Counted from the stretch's first letter, positions 1-12,882 are shown. The stretch is 64,000 nt of DNA from Malacoraja senta (GCA_038087875.1 JAXLNO010000600.1:558001-622000); one strand, 5' to 3'. The notes: generated by a model from the letters alone, not told the origin. Numbers and translations are program-made.

Positions 1-330
1 TTTCACCCTCCCTCTCTCCTCTCTCCTCTCTCCCCCTCCTTCCCCCCCCTCTCTCTGTCACTTTCTCTCTCTCTCACCCTCTCTGTCACTTTCTCTCTCT
101 CTATCTCTATCTCTCTCCCTCTCGCCCTCTCTCTCCTCCCCTCTTCTCTCCTCTCTCTCTCCCTCACCCTCTCTCTCTCTCTCTCTCTGTCACTTTCTCT
201 CTCTCTATCTCTATCTCTCTCCCTCTCTCTCCCTCCTTCTCTCCCTCCTTCTCGCTCACCCTCTATCTATCACCCTCTCTCTCTCCCTCTCTCTCTTTCA
301 CTCTCTCTCCCTCTCCCTCTCCCTGTGTCT
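1..330. repeat. (CT)-rich low-complexity tract
   Basis: Almost pure C/T with degenerate ctctctgtcactttctct repeats. Confidence 0.95.
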
Positions 331-669
331 CTGGCCAGCGCATACACAGAGCTGTGAGCTGCTGTGGGCAGGAGCAGAGTGAGGAGGGGCTGGGTTACTG
401 GATGGGGGGGTCCAGCTCCACCCTCCCTGTCAGACCCGGCAAGGAGGAGCTCAGCTTCACCCCCTCCCCAACACCAGCCCCACCGACAACTCTACACCAG
501 GCTGTACACAGGGGGGAGAGAGGGGGGGAGAGGGGAGAGAGAGAGAGAGAGGGAGAGGGGGGGAGAGAGGGAGAGAGAGAGAGGAGAGAGAGAGGAGAGA
601 GGGAGGGAAGGAGATAGAGGGAGGGGTGAAGCGAGCAGAGGGGATAGTGTGGAGTTAGTACCTCCACCA

Positions 670-742
670 ATGTAAAGCACTTTGGTCAACGAGATTTGTT
701 TTTTAAATGTGCTATAGAAATAAAAGTGACTTGACTTGACTT
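670..742 (+). mobile_element. L2 LINE 3' tail fragment
   Basis: aatgtaaagcactttgg...aaatgtgctata..aataaa..(gactt)n, the same tail as the L2 at 51437-52085. Confidence 0.8.
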
Positions 743-1071
743 GGAGAGAGAGAAGGGTTGGAGAGCCAGGGAGAGCCAGGGAGAGGCGGGGAGAGAGGAA
801 GAGAGGAGAGCGTATGGAGAGAAGGGGAAAGGGGGGGAAAGAGATGGGCAGAGAGAGATTAAAAAAAAGACAGAACGACCTGTCAGAGAGAGGAGGAGAG
901 ACGGAGATGGAGAGAGGGAGACAGAGAGGGGGGAGAGGGAGAGGGGGAGGGAGAGGGAGAGAATGAGAGAGGGAGGGAGCAGAGGGGATAGCGTGGAGAG
1001 AGAGAAGGGTTGTATAGCCAGGAAGAGCGTGTGGAGAGAAAGGGGGAAAGAGATGGGCAGAGAGAGATTTT

Positions 1072-1482
1072 AAAGAACTAGATGATACATCAAAACTAAG
1101 AATAATCCTTGGTGAAGGAAATACGGCACATCTTGGTGCACAATACGTAACAGCATGCCATAACCTGAGAGACGGTGAATGACCAACATGCACGCACATA
1201 CTAATTGACATTAACTGACACTAAGAAATTAATATTGAATTGCTAAACTTGCTATTCTGTTATACTGCTTACAGCTGCAAGAACGTGTAGCAATCAATAA
1301 AGGACTATAGGTCTATTGCGAGTTTATGTACAGGGACATATCTATCCATGCACTGTATACTTGTATATATACTTATGCATTTTAAATATGTATGTCATGT
1401 TTTATACTTTGGCAATATAACGATGCATTTTATCATGCCAATAAAGTTTTTTAAATTGAAAAATTGAAATTGAATTGAATTG
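1072..1482 (+). mobile_element. LINE 3' fragment (Crack/L2-group)
   Basis: Encodes KELDDTSKLRIILGEGNTAHLGAQYVTACHNLR*, then an AT-rich UTR, AATAAA and an (AATTG)n tail. Confidence 0.6.
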
Positions 1483-1690
1483 AGAGGGAGACAGAGAGAG
1501 GGGGAGGGAGAGGAGGAGAGAGGAAGAGAGAGGGGGGGAGGGAGAGGGAGAGAATGATGGAGAGAGGGAGGGAGCAGAGGGGATAGCGAGGAGAGAGAGA
1601 AGGGTTGTATAGCCAGGAAGAGCATGTGGAGAGAAATGGAAAGAGATGGGAGAGAGATTTAAAAAAAGACCGAACGACCTGTCAGAGAGA

Positions 1691-1830
1691 GAAGGTAGAC
1701 AAAAATGCTGGAGAAACTCAGCGAGTGAGGCAGCATCTATGGAGCGAAGAAATAGGTGACGTTTCGGGACGAGACCCTTCTTCAGACTTCAGTAGTCTTG
1801 ACCCGAAACATCACCTTCGCTCCATAGATC
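1691..1830 (-). mobile_element. Penelope-like element terminal fragment
   Basis: Reverse complement of the PLE end at 4248-4344 (ctgaagaaggg...cccgaaacgtcacctat...gcatttttgtctacc). Confidence 0.8.
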
Positions 1831-1831
1831 G

Positions 1832-2246
1832 GCTCTGACCTCCCTTCCATCGAGGGGATCTATCGCAGTCGCTGCCTCAAAAAGGCTGGCAGCATCATCA
1901 AGGACCCACACCATCCTGGCCACACACTCATATCCCCGCTACCTTCAGGTAGATGGTACAGGAGCCTGAAGACTGCAACGTCCAGGTACAGAAATAGCTA
2001 CTTCCCCACAGCCATCAGGCTATTAAACTCAACTCAAACAAAACTCTGAACATTAATAGCCCATTATCAGTTTATTTGCATTTTATCAGTTTATTTATTC
2101 ATGTGTATATATTTATATAATGGTATATGGACACACTGATCTGTTCTGTATTCATGCTTTCTTTATTCTGTTGTGCTGAAGCAAAGTAAGAATGTCATTG
2201 TCCTATCTGGGACACATGACAATAAACTCTCTTGAATCTTGAATCT
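1832..2246 (+). mobile_element. Rex1/Babar LINE 3' fragment
   Basis: LPSIEGIYRSRCLKKAGSIIKDPHHPGH...YFPTAIRLLN, then the 3' UTR and (tcttgaa)n tail. Confidence 0.8.
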
Positions 2247-2470
2247 AGATGCTGCCTCACCCGCTGAGTTACTCCAGCATTTTTGTCTACCTTCGATTTT
2301 CCAGCATCTGTTCCAGATGTCAGATCCTTCTTTCCCCAGTGTCTCAGCACCACCTTGTGGTGGTTTACAGTCGGTGAAGTTTCCAGCCCAGTGTCAAGAG
2401 TCAAGAGTGTTTTATTGTCATATGTCCCGGACGGTACAATTAAATTCGTTCTTGTTGCAGCACAACAGAA

Positions 2471-3208
2471 TAGACAATATAGACAATAGGTGCAGGAGTA
2501 GGCCATTCGGCCCTTCGAGCCATTCAATGTGATCATGGCTGATCATCCCCAATCAGTACCCCGTTCCTGCCTTCTCCCCCTATCCCCTGCCTCCACTATC
2601 TTTAAGAGCCCTATCTAGCTCTCTCTTGAAAGTGTCCAGAGTACCGGCCTCCAGGTTCCGGCCTCCGAATTCCACAGACTCACAACTTTCTTACTCTCTG
2701 TGAGAAAAAGTGTTTCCTCGTCTCCGTTCTAAATGGCTTACCCCTTATTCTTAAACTGTGGCCCCTGGTTCTGGACTCCCCCAACATCAGGAACATGTTT
2801 CCTGCCTCTAGCGTGTCAAAACCCTTAACAATCTTATATGTTTCAATAAGATACCCTCTCATCGTTCTAAACTCGAATGTACAAGCCCAGCCGCTCCATT
2901 CTATCAACATATGACAGTCCCGCCATCCCGGGAAATAACCTTGTAAACCTACGCTGCACTCCCTCAATAGCAAGAATATCCTTCCTCAAATTAGGGGACC
3001 AAAACTGCACACAATACTCCAGGTGTGGTCTCACTTGGGCCCTGTACAACTGCAGAAGCACCTCTTTGCTCCGATACTCAACTACTCTTGTTTCAAGGCC
3101 AACATGCCATTCGCTTTCTTCACTGCCTGCTGTACCTGCATGCTAACTTTCATAGACTGATGAACAAAGACCCCAGATCCCGTTGTACTTCCCCTTTTCC
3201 CAACTTGA
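2471..3208 (-). mobile_element. CR1 LINE 3' fragment
   Basis: [13 protein letters not shown]..., RTRGHSLRIRGKPF, and a (ctattgt) tail. Confidence 0.92.
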
Positions 3209-3324
3209 CGAGTGTGTGAATATGTAAACATTGTACATAACGGGGGAAGAGAAAAAGAAAGTTCAATAAATAACAAATATGGTGCAGTAATAATAGTCTT
3301 TTGCAGTTCGGAGCTCAGAGCTTA

Positions 3325-4344
3325 GGACTCCATCCCCCACTCCCAATTCCTCCGTCTACGCCGCATCTGCTCCCAGGATGAGGCATTCCACACCAGGGCA
3401 TCCGAAATGTCCTCATTCTTCAGGGAACGGGGGTTCCCCTCCTCCACCATAGATGAGGCTCGCACCAGGGTCTCTGCCATACCCCGCAACACTGCTCTCT
3501 CTCCACATCCCCCCCACTCACAAGGGCAGAGTCCCCCTAGTCCTCACCTTTCACCCCACCAGCCGTCACATACAAGTGATCCTCCGTTAGTTTCGCCACC
3601 TCCAACGTGACCCCACCACTCTCCACATCTTCCCATCTCCCCCCATGTCTGCCTTCCGCAAAGACCGCTCCCTCCGTAACTCCCTTGTCAATTCTTCCCT
3701 TCCCTCCCATACCACCCCCTCCCCTGGTACTTTCCCTTGCAACCGCAAGAGATGCAACACTTGTCCCTTCACCTCCCCCCTCTACTCCATTCAAGGACCC
3801 AAGCAGTCGTTCCAGGTGCGACAGAGGTTCACCTGCATCTCCTCCAATCTCATCTATTGCATCCGCTGCTCTAGATGCCAGCTGATCTACATCGGTGAGA
3901 CCAAGCGGAGGCTTGGCGATCGTTTCGCCGAACACCTCCGGTTGGTCCGCAATAACCAACCTGACCTCCCGGTGGCTCAGCACTTCAACTCCCCCTCCCA
4001 TTCCGTATCTGACCTCTCTGTCCTGGGTCTCCTCCATGGCCACAGCGAGCAACACCGGAAATTGGAGGAAATGCACCTCATATTCCGCTTGGGCAGTCTA
4101 CATCCTGGGGGCATGAACATTGAATTCTCCCAATTCTGCTAGCCCTTGCTGTCCCCTCCCCTTCATCAGCCCTCTGGTTGTCTCCTCTCATCCCCTAGCC
4201 CTCAGGCTCCTCCTCCGCCTTTTTTCCTTTCTTCTCCCCACCCCCTATCAGTCTGAAGAAGGGTTTCGGCCCGAAACGTTGCCTATTTCCTTCGCTCCAT
4301 AGATGCTGCTGCACCCGCTGAGTTTCTCCAGCATTTTTGTGTAC
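3325..4344 (+). mobile_element. Penelope-like retroelement, 5'-truncated, with GIY-YIG endonuclease remnant (3645..4142)
   Basis: CxxC, NLIYCIRCSRC..IYIGETKRRLGDRFAEH, HF and GMN motifs; target duplication ctcagagctta at 3314-3324 and 4345-4355. Confidence 0.9.
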
Positions 4345-5354
4345 CTCAGAGCTTATTCGTTGTGTTTAATAGCCTGATGTCTGTGGGGAAGTAGCTGTTC
4401 CTGTACCTGGACGTTACAGTTTTCAGGCTCCTGTACCTTCTTCCTGATGGCAATGGTGAGATGAGTGTGTGGCCAGGATGGTGTGGGTCTTTGATGATGT
4501 TGGCAGCCTTTTTGAGGCAGTGACTACGATAGATCCCTTCGACGGTGGGGAGGTTAAAGCCGGTGATGGACTGGGCAGTGGTCACAACTTTCTATAGTCT
4601 TTTCCGCTCCTGGACGTTCAAGTTGCCGAACCAGTCCACGATGCAACCAGTCAGAATGCTCTCTACCGTGCACCTGTAGAAGTTTAGGAGAATCCTCTTT
4701 GACGTGCCAAATCTCCATAATCTTCTCAGGAAGATTGCCTTATGCTGATGTGCCTTTTTTATAATTGCATCGGTGTGCTGGGTCCAGGAAAGATCTTGGG
4801 AAATTTGAAGTTTTTGATCCTCTCCACCATCGTCCTGTTGATATAAACAGGATTGTGGGTCCTCATTCTACCCCTACCAAAGTCCACAATCAGTTCCTTG
4901 GACTTACTGATGTTGAGTTGTTGTGCTGGCACCATTTGGTCAGTCGGTCGATCTCACTTCTATACTCTGACTCGTCCCCATCTGTGATTCGTCCAATAAC
5001 AGTGGTGTCGTCGGCGAACTTGATGATGGAGTTCGCACTATGTCCGGCTACGCAGTCATGGGTATAGAGTGAGTACAGCAGGGGGCTGAGCACGCAGCCT
5101 TGAGGTGCTCCCATACTAATTGTTACTGAGGATGAAGTGTTTCCGCCAGTCGAACAGACTGTGGTCTGTGGATGAGGAAGTCGAGGATCCAATTGCAGAG
5201 GGATGCGCAGAGGCCCAGTTCCGTCAGCTTTGTTTTGTATCAAAAAATAACATATTTAATTTCAACACAATACAAAAAAAAAAAAAAAACGTGGTGACAT
5301 CCCCACCACCATTACAAAATCATCAGACAACTATGTTACAAATATTCTAATAAC

Positions 5355-5778
5355 TCTTGTATTCACTGGAGTTGAGAAGGATGAGGGGGAATCTTATAGA
5401 AACATATAAAATTATAAAAGGACTGGACAAGCTTGATGCAGGAAAAATGTTCCCAATGTTGGGCGAGTCCAGAACCAGGGGCCACAGTCTTAGAATAAAG
5501 GGGAGGTCATTTAAGACTGAGGTGAGAAAAAACTTTTTCACCCAGAGAGTTGTGAATTTATGGAATTCCCTGCCACAGAGGGCAGTGGAGGCCAAGTCAC
5601 TGGATGGATTTAAGAGAGAGTTGGATAGAGCTCTAGGGGCTAGTGGAGTCAAGGGATATGGGGAGAAGGCAGGCACGGGTTATTGATAGGGGACAATCAG
5701 CCATGATCACAATGAATGGCGGTGAAGGCTCGAAGGGCCGAATGGCCTCCTCCTGCACCTATTTTCTATGTTTCTATG
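5355..5778 (+). mobile_element. CR1 LINE 3' fragment
   Basis: ORF 5357..5686 and a (tttctatg) tail. Confidence 0.92.
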
Positions 5779-7484
5779 TTTACTGTACAACCCCGGTAAA
5801 GGGGCAAGCATCGGGCACGGGCAAAGCCCTCTTCCGCCTGGCGCCGTGACTCGCGGATGGCCGGCTTGGCCAGGGCTAGGAGCAACCCAACCAGGATATC
5901 TTCAGCCCTGCCCACTCCCTAGATCCCGTCACCAGTCCTTCGGTCACTGACAGCAGAGCCACTCCTCCCCTTGCGGACGCTAGGTGGAGCGGCGGTGATC
6001 CTTGCCCTCTGGACCCTGACTACAAGGGACGCTCTACTGGTCCCTCTACACTCAACAGGAACGACGCTGCTCTTGGTCTTGTCGTCCTTCTCCAGGTTCG
6101 TCCAAGAAGGACCTGAGCTGATGCCGGTCGTTCCCCTTCACCCCCTTGTCCCTCCCCCTCCTTCTGAGGATGTGGTTCAGCGAGCTGGTGAGCCCGTGTA
6201 GGTTTGGCCACTGGAGGGAGGCCAGTCTGGGCTGATGTTGGGCTACTTCGGCGGCCGTGATGAACTCGAGGTTCTCCTCCACTGGAATGAGTGGAGTGAT
6301 GTCGGGGGGAGCGAGAACATCCATTGACTCGTTGTCCGAGGAGTCCCCTTCCACCCACTCACTGCAGATAGAGGCACCATCCCCATCCCCGGACACACCT
6401 TTAGTGCTCGATACTCCCGCCTCACCCTGTGCAGCGGTTGCCTCTTCCCCACCCGCTGGTCTCTCCTCCACCTCGGTCCGAACCCTGGGGCCAGTGGCAG
6501 AGGGGCCTTCCCCAGGTGTACCCGGGAAGTCAAGACCATTGACAGTGGGGGCGACTATCCCTCCCCCAGTTGGGCCCAGAGAGGACTTGCCGTCAACTAC
6601 CTCCTCCCGGTCCAGCAACATCGTCAGCTGGTGCCGGAGGGAAAGAATGTGCCGCAGCTCCTTCCTGGGATATCGGGGTGATGTCCGTGAGGACCTTCCC
6701 CAGGGTGTGAAGGTGGGGAAGGAGAGCCTCGTTTGTGATGCAGGGCGGGACATTGGAAAGGACCACCCGCTGCACGATAGACCCTACGGGCTCGACCTGC
6801 AAAAACATTCCCCCCACTGTGACCCCTTTACTCACAGCCGCGTTCACCCCCTCAATAGACTCAAGGAAGAGCACGGCCTTCCCGAACATTTTGCCCATGT
6901 ACAGGACACCTGCGAGCTTGGCCGCCATGGCAACGGCAGCCGAGCAGTCCTCTAGGTTGATCTGGGGGGGGGCAAGTAGCACCTTACCCCATGCTCAAAA
7001 GGCAGGTTCTTCATGGGGAACCGGGCCCCAAGAGGAGTAGCCGAAGCCATAGCTCCTGGAAGGCCCCGCTCCCCCAGAACACTGACCCGGCATAGTAACA
7101 GATGCTACAATTGAAAACATATCACATATGAAGCCTGAGACACAAACAGTCCAAATGGCACGAGGCCAAGTCCAAAGACAAAAACAAATGGAACAGTTCG
7201 AGAGAGGGGGGCAAATTGGTGTCGCCTCAAACGCTGATAATGGCTGCTCCCCCGAAAAACTGCTGCGTCACCACCTCTTCGCTGGATTATCTCAGCTCTC
7301 GTGCGTTCCCTGGCGAACTGCTGACCTTCGCAGGCAAGCCCAGCAGTTTTTCACCGCACCTACAGCAACGAAAGGAACTTGCCTGCAGTCTTGTCGTTGG
7401 AAGCCTCTTATCGCCATCGGTCTTGCCGAGAGAAAGGAGGCTTCGTCGTCAGCTCCAGGCTCCAAGGCCGCAGAAAGAGGTCAA

Positions 7485-8019
7485 GACATTCTTGCTATTC
7501 TAGCATTCTTGCTATTGAGGGAGTGCAGCGTAGGTTCACGAAGTCAATTCCCGGGATGGCGGGACTGTCATATGCTGAGAGAATGGAGCAGCTGGGCTTG
7601 TACACTCTGGAGTTTAGAAGGATGAGAGGATATCTCATTGAAACATTTCAGATTGTTAAGGGTTTGGACACGCTAGAGGCAGGAAACATGTTCCCGATGT
7701 TGGAGGAGTCCAGAACCAGGGGCCACAGTTTAAGAATAAAGAGTAAGCCATTTAGAACGGAGACGAGGAAACACTTTTTCTCACAGAGAGTTGTGTGTCT
7801 GTGGAATTCTCTGCCTCAGAGGGCGGTGGAGGCCGGTTCTCTGGATACTTTCAAGAGAGAGCTAGATAGGGCTCTTAAAGATAGCGGAGTCAGGGGATAT
7901 GGGGAGAAGGCAGGAACGGGGTACTGATTGGGGATGATCAGCCATGATCACATTGAATGGCGGTGCTGGCTCGAAGGGCCGAATGGCCTACTCCTGCACC
8001 TACTGTCTATTGTCTATTG
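7485..8019 (+). mobile_element. CR1 LINE 3' fragment
   Basis: [12 protein letters not shown]...GYGEKAGTGY* and a (ctattgt)n tail. Confidence 0.92.
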
Positions 8020-8694
8020 ACGATGCAGGTGCAGCAATCCTCCCACACCACAGGAAAACCAGACCGGGCCGGTCAGCATCGACGAGGTAGTAAGGGAGGT
8101 TGTTCTGGACACAGGTGTAAATGTCCAGAAAGATCTTCTCCTCTCTTTTGGAGAGCCGCAGTTCCTGGCAGGTTGCCAGCCACTTGTGGGAGCTCGACAC
8201 TTAGTTGATCAGACTGCTCGCAGTCCCAAAAACAAGTCTCTGCAACGTCGCAGCGATACACAAAGATGTTTAAAGTACTGCTGTATCTCCTCCGAATTCC
8301 ATAAAGATGATAAAACACACTAGTTTGTGTGTGTGGACAGGAGCTCCTAATCAGCACACCTCCTCACGTAACCAGCTTAAAAAAAAAAATTATTAAAAAA
8401 TAATAATTACACTACAATAAAACAAGCCAGAACCCACCACCATACTACAATACAAACATATATCCATAATAACCTACTACACAACTATGATACAATCCTC
8501 ATTGAGGATACATTCAACACCCTGCGGAGCCCAGCAGTCCCGGAACTCCCTTAGGGTGCCCGTGGACAGGGCGTATTCCCTTTCTAACCGCACCCGGGCA
8601 CGGTCGTATCCCCGGAAAAGGGGCAGGCAGCCAGCTCGGGTAAAGCCCTCCACCGCCTGGTGCCTTGTCTTGCGGATGGCCAGCTTGGCCACAT

Positions 8695-8910
8695 AACCAG
8701 CTTGGAAGGGATGATGGCATTAAACGCCGAGCAGTAGTCTGACGTACGAGTTTTTGTTGTCCAAGTGGTCCAATGCTGAGTGGAGAGCCAGTGAAATTGC
8801 ATCCTCCATTGACCTGTTGTGGCGGTATGCGAACTGTAGTGGGTCGAGGTTCTTGTCGAGGTAGGAGTTGATGTGCACCATAACCAACCTCTCAAAGCAC
8901 TTCATCACAA
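8695..8910 (-). mobile_element. Rex1/Babar RT N-terminal fragment
   Basis: MKCFERLV...[17 protein letters not shown]...IIPSKLV. Confidence 0.85.
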
Positions 8911-9037
8911 ACCAACTTCATCTGTTGCATCCGTTGCTCTAGGTGTCAGCTGATCTACATCGGTGTACATTGGATACTTCTTACTAACCAATTGTAGTGC
9001 TTATTAGTAGAAGCTCCGCCTACTATGTGGCTTATAT

Positions 9038-9432
9038 CAAAGATCCTATAGCAAGCAAGATAGATCACTCGACGAAAAAGACGTAGTACGGTCATGAGCA
9101 GATACATGGGTAATTTTCGGCCCCATTTCCGTAACCGGCTTCCCTCTCCGCACTAAAGATCCCATAGGATACTAGTGCGGAGACGGAAGCCGGTTACGGA
9201 AACATCCTCGTAAAATTAAAAGTTATTTGGGAAAAATCTTCTCCTCATTTTCAGAATTTTAATTTATTAACACAAACTGTTCCCCCGCAACGTTGATTAC
9301 ACTGCGAGTCGGGTCGGGTCCGGTTACGGAAATGGATGAAAAAAAGGCCCACGTTCCGTTCCGTTGCGTCCTACACGTCAGCCCATTGCATTTAGCAGGA
9401 GTGGTCGATCTTGCTCCGCTATAAGATCTTTG
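9038..9432. mobile_element. hAT-type MITE in the 5' LTR
   Basis: TIRs caaagatcctatagc../..gctataagatctttg; 8-bp TSD gcttatat/gtttatat; empty site in the 3' LTR; internal long hairpin at about 9126-9202. Confidence 0.88.
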
Positions 9433-9572
9433 GTTTATATCATCAGAAGTCTGCTTAAGTATTTAGTCTGAGTAGCTGCCAGTTTATTGTAACACCTTGC
9501 AGGTGAATGCTGTGAGTGAACTTTAATAAACATGTGTTGTACCTTGACGTGCGTATGACTCGACTCGTTACA

Positions 9573-11392
9573 ACTAGTTAAAACAAATGTAGGTCCCTTG
9601 CAGTCAGAAACTGGTGAATTGATCATGGGGAACAAGGACATGGCAGACCAATTGAATAACTACTTTGGTTCTGTCTTCACTAAGGAAGACATAAATAATC
9701 TGCTGGATATAGCAGGGGACCGGGGGTCAAATGAGATGGAGGAACAGAGTGAAATCCCGGTTAGCCAGGAAGTGGTGTTAGGTAAATTCAATGGATTAAA
9801 GGCCAATAAATCCCCAGGGCCAGACAGACTGCATCCCAGAGTACTTAAGGAAGTAGCCCCAGAAATAGTGGATGCATTAGTGATAATTTTTCAGAACTCT
9901 TTAGATTCTGGAGTAATTCCTGAGGATTGGAGGGTAGCTAATGTAACCCCACTTTTTAAAAAGGGAGGGAAAGAGAAAACGGGGAATTACAGACCAGTTA
10001 GTCTAACATCGGTAGTGGGGAAAATGCTAGAGTCAGTTATTAAAGATGGGATTGTAGCACATTTGGAAAGTGGTGAAATCGTTGGACAAAGTCAGCATGG
10101 ATTTATGAAAGGTAAATCATGTCTGACGAATCTTATAGAATTTTTCGAGGATGTAACTAGTAGAGTGGATAAGGGAGAACCAGTGGATGTGTTATATCTG
10201 GACTTTCAGAAGGCTTTCGACAAGGTCCCACATAAGAGATTAGTATGCAAACTTAAAGCACACGGTATTGGGGGTTCAGTATTGATGTGGATAGAGAACT
10301 GGCTGGCAGACAGGAAGCAAAGAGAAGGAGAAAACGGGTCCTTTTCAGAATGGCAGGCAGTGACTAGTGGGGTACCGCAAGGCTCAGTGCTGGGACCCCA
10401 GGTATTTACCATATATATTAATGATCTGGATGAGGGAATTGAATGCAACATCTCCAAGTTTGCGGATGACACGAAGCCGGGGGGCAGTGTTAGCTGTGAG
10501 GAGGATACTAGGAGGCTGCAAGGTGACTTGGATAGGTTGGGTGAGTGGGCAAATGCATGGCAGATGCAGTATAATGTGGATAAATGTGAGGTTATCCACT
10601 TTGGTGGCAAAAACAGGAAAGTACACTATTATCTGAATGGTGGCCGATTAGGAAAAGGGGAGATGCAACGAGATCTGGGTGTCATGGTACACCAGTCATT
10701 GAAAGTAGGCATGCAGTTGCAGCAGGCAGTGAAGAAAGCGAATGGTATGTTAGCATTCATAGCAAAAGGATTTGAGTATAAGAGCAGGGAGGTTCTACTG
10801 CAGTTGTACAGGGCCTTGGTGAGAGCACACCTGGAGTATTGCGTAGTTTTGGTCACCAAATCCGAGGAAAGACATTCGTGCCATAGAGGGAGTACAGAGA
10901 AGGTTCACCAGACTGATTCCTGGGATGGCAGGACTTTCATATGAAGAAAGACTGGATAGACTCGGCTTGTACTCGCTAGAATTTAGAAGATTGAGGGGGG
11001 ATCTTATAGAAACTTACAAGATTCTTAAGGGGTTGGACAGGCTAGATGCAGGAAGATTGTTCCCGATGTTGGGGAAGTCCAGAACAAGGGGTCACAGTTT
11101 AAGGATAAGGGGGAAGTCTTTTAGGACCGAGATGAGAAAAACATTCCACAGATTCACCACAGAGAGTGGTGAATCTGTGGAATTCTCTGCCACAGAAGGT
11201 AGTTGAGGCCAGTTCATTGGCTATATTTAAGAGGGAGTTAGATGTGGCCCTTGTGGCTAAAGGGATCAGGGGGTATGGAGAGAAGGCAGGTACAGGATAC
11301 TGAGTTGGATGATCAGCCATGATCATATTGAATGGCGGTGCAGGCTCGAAGGGCCAAATGGCCTACTCCTGCACCTGTTTTCTATGTTTCTA
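9573..11392 (+). mobile_element. CR1 LINE, 5'-truncated; RT ORF 9598..10944 frameshifted
   Basis: KSPGPD, YLDFQKAFDKVPH, GVPQGSVLGP, KFADDTK; (tttctatg) tail. Confidence 0.95.
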
Positions 11393-11889
11393 CATGGTGT
11401 CAAGAGGTAATTTCTTACCCAACCCCTTTAAGTTTATCGGGTTTTATTTCTTCTTCATTTGTTTTCTGTGCCTGCTATCTCCATGATGGCAAATTCGTCT
11501 CGCCGTCCTAGTCCTCTGATCTTTGACTCTGATATCGCCAAACGATGGCGCCTTTTCGAGCATGACTACACTCACTACATTCGTATTGTTCATCGCAACG
11601 ATCCGCCCGAGGTACGTGCTTCCGTGCTCTTAAACCTTGCTGGCCCTGAGGCAATGAGACTACAAGCCTGTTGCAAATGCCTCCCGCACACTGACCGACA
11701 CTGAAGAACGTTACGCCCAAATTTAAAAAGAGTTACTTGCAGTGGTTTTCGCCTGCACGAAATTCAAAGACTTTATTTTTGGGAAGTCTGTGACTATAGA
11801 AACAGATCAACAGCCGCTGGTCACCATCTTGAATAAACCATCCACGCTCCTCCGGCTCGCCTGCAACATTTCGATTTCAACATTGTCTA

Positions 11890-12395
11890 TTGTTGGACAT
11901 TCTTACTATTGAGGGAGTGCAGCGTAGGTTTACAAGGTTAATTCCCGGGATGGCGCGACTGTCATATGCTGAGAGAATGGAGCAGCGTACACTCTGGAGT
12001 TTAGAAGGATGAGAGGGCATCTTATTGAAACATGTAAGATTGTTAAGGGTTTGGACACGCTGGAGGCAGGAAACATGTTCCCGATGTTGGGGGAGTCCAG
12101 AACCAGGGGCCAGTTTAAGAATAAGGAGTAAGCCATTTAGAACGGAGACGAGGAAACACTTTTTCGCACAGAGAGTGGTGAGTCTGTGGAATTCTCTGCC
12201 TCAGAGGGCGGTAGAGGCCGGTTCTCTGGATGCTTTCAAGAGAGAGCTGGATAGGGCTCTTAAAGATAGCGGAGTCAGGGGATATGGGGGAAAAGGCAGG
12301 AACGGGGTACTGATTGGGGATGATCAGCCATGATCACATTGAATGGCTGTGCTGGCTCGAAGGGCCAAATGGCCTACTTCTGCACCTATTGTCTA
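11890..12395 (+). mobile_element. CR1 LINE 3' fragment inside Gypsy RNase H
   Basis: CR1 3' sequence flanked by attgtcta at 11882-11889 and 12388-12395; host frame NIVY|KKG is restored on removal. Confidence 0.9.
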
Positions 12396-12882
12396 CAAAA
12401 AAGGCAAGGACATGCACATAGATGACACGCTGTCAAGGGCCCCACGCAAAACAAGCGAACAACAGCCCTCTGAACAGGGCCAGTTCTCATTAATGAAGGT
12501 ATCGTATGTTCCCAGATTGCCTAAGCAGCCTGGCAGAGCACACGGCTGCTGACGAGACTTTACAATTGCTGCCTGCCGTCATCCGGCCTGGCTGGCCGGA
12601 TAAACAACACAGCACCCCGCTCGCAATCCGCCCATACTTCCTGGTTCGCGACGAACTGGTGATACAGGACGGGATTATAGTCAAGGTCCACAAGGCCGGT
12701 TGCGTCATGCTCTGTTAGCAGTCGCAAACTTTTTAGCTCCGCTGATAAAAACGCGTTTTTTCGCGTTAAAATCGGGTCTGGAGGTCGGGAACGTTTTTAA
12801 AAACTTACCGGAGCTTCATGTCGCGGTGCTGATGACGTCATCAGTAAGCGCCGCGATTTTAACGGAGGGAAAGTCATTTTAA

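Larger units (their letters stand above)
510..1692. repeat. GA-rich degenerate tandem repeat interrupted by two LINE 3' fragments
   Basis: Unit gagcagaggggatagcgtggagagagagaagggttgtatagccaggaagagc...gagagattt recurs near 630-870, 975-1072 and 1570-1690. Confidence 0.8.
2392..5231 (-). mobile_element. Rex1/Babar LINE, RT and 3' end, interrupted by CR1 and Penelope
   Basis: ORFs 4890..5243 (GAPQGCVLSPLLYSLYTHDC, IIKFADD) and 4346..4585; tail at 2392-2470. Confidence 0.85.
5232..8694 (-). mobile_element. Tx1-clade LINE pieces: ORF2 C-terminus/3' UTR (8380-8694), ORF1 (about 6050-6990), 3' UTR-like end (5232-5350)
   Basis: ORF 6593..6982 (KAVLFL..., RVVLSNVPP) resembles Tx1 ORF1; ORF 8477..8692 (AKLAI...FRDCWAPQGV) resembles a Tx1 ORF2 end. 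Confidence 0.75.

Noticed and set aside
330..510. Non-repetitive island with a minus-strand acceptor-like site; ORFs 354-1211
   Set aside because: The ORFs are low-complexity GA/CT translations and no recognisable protein is present; a terminal exon cannot be excluded but is unsupported
6052..6955. Long GC-rich plus-strand ORFs
   Set aside because: Antisense shadows of the decayed Tx1 ORF1
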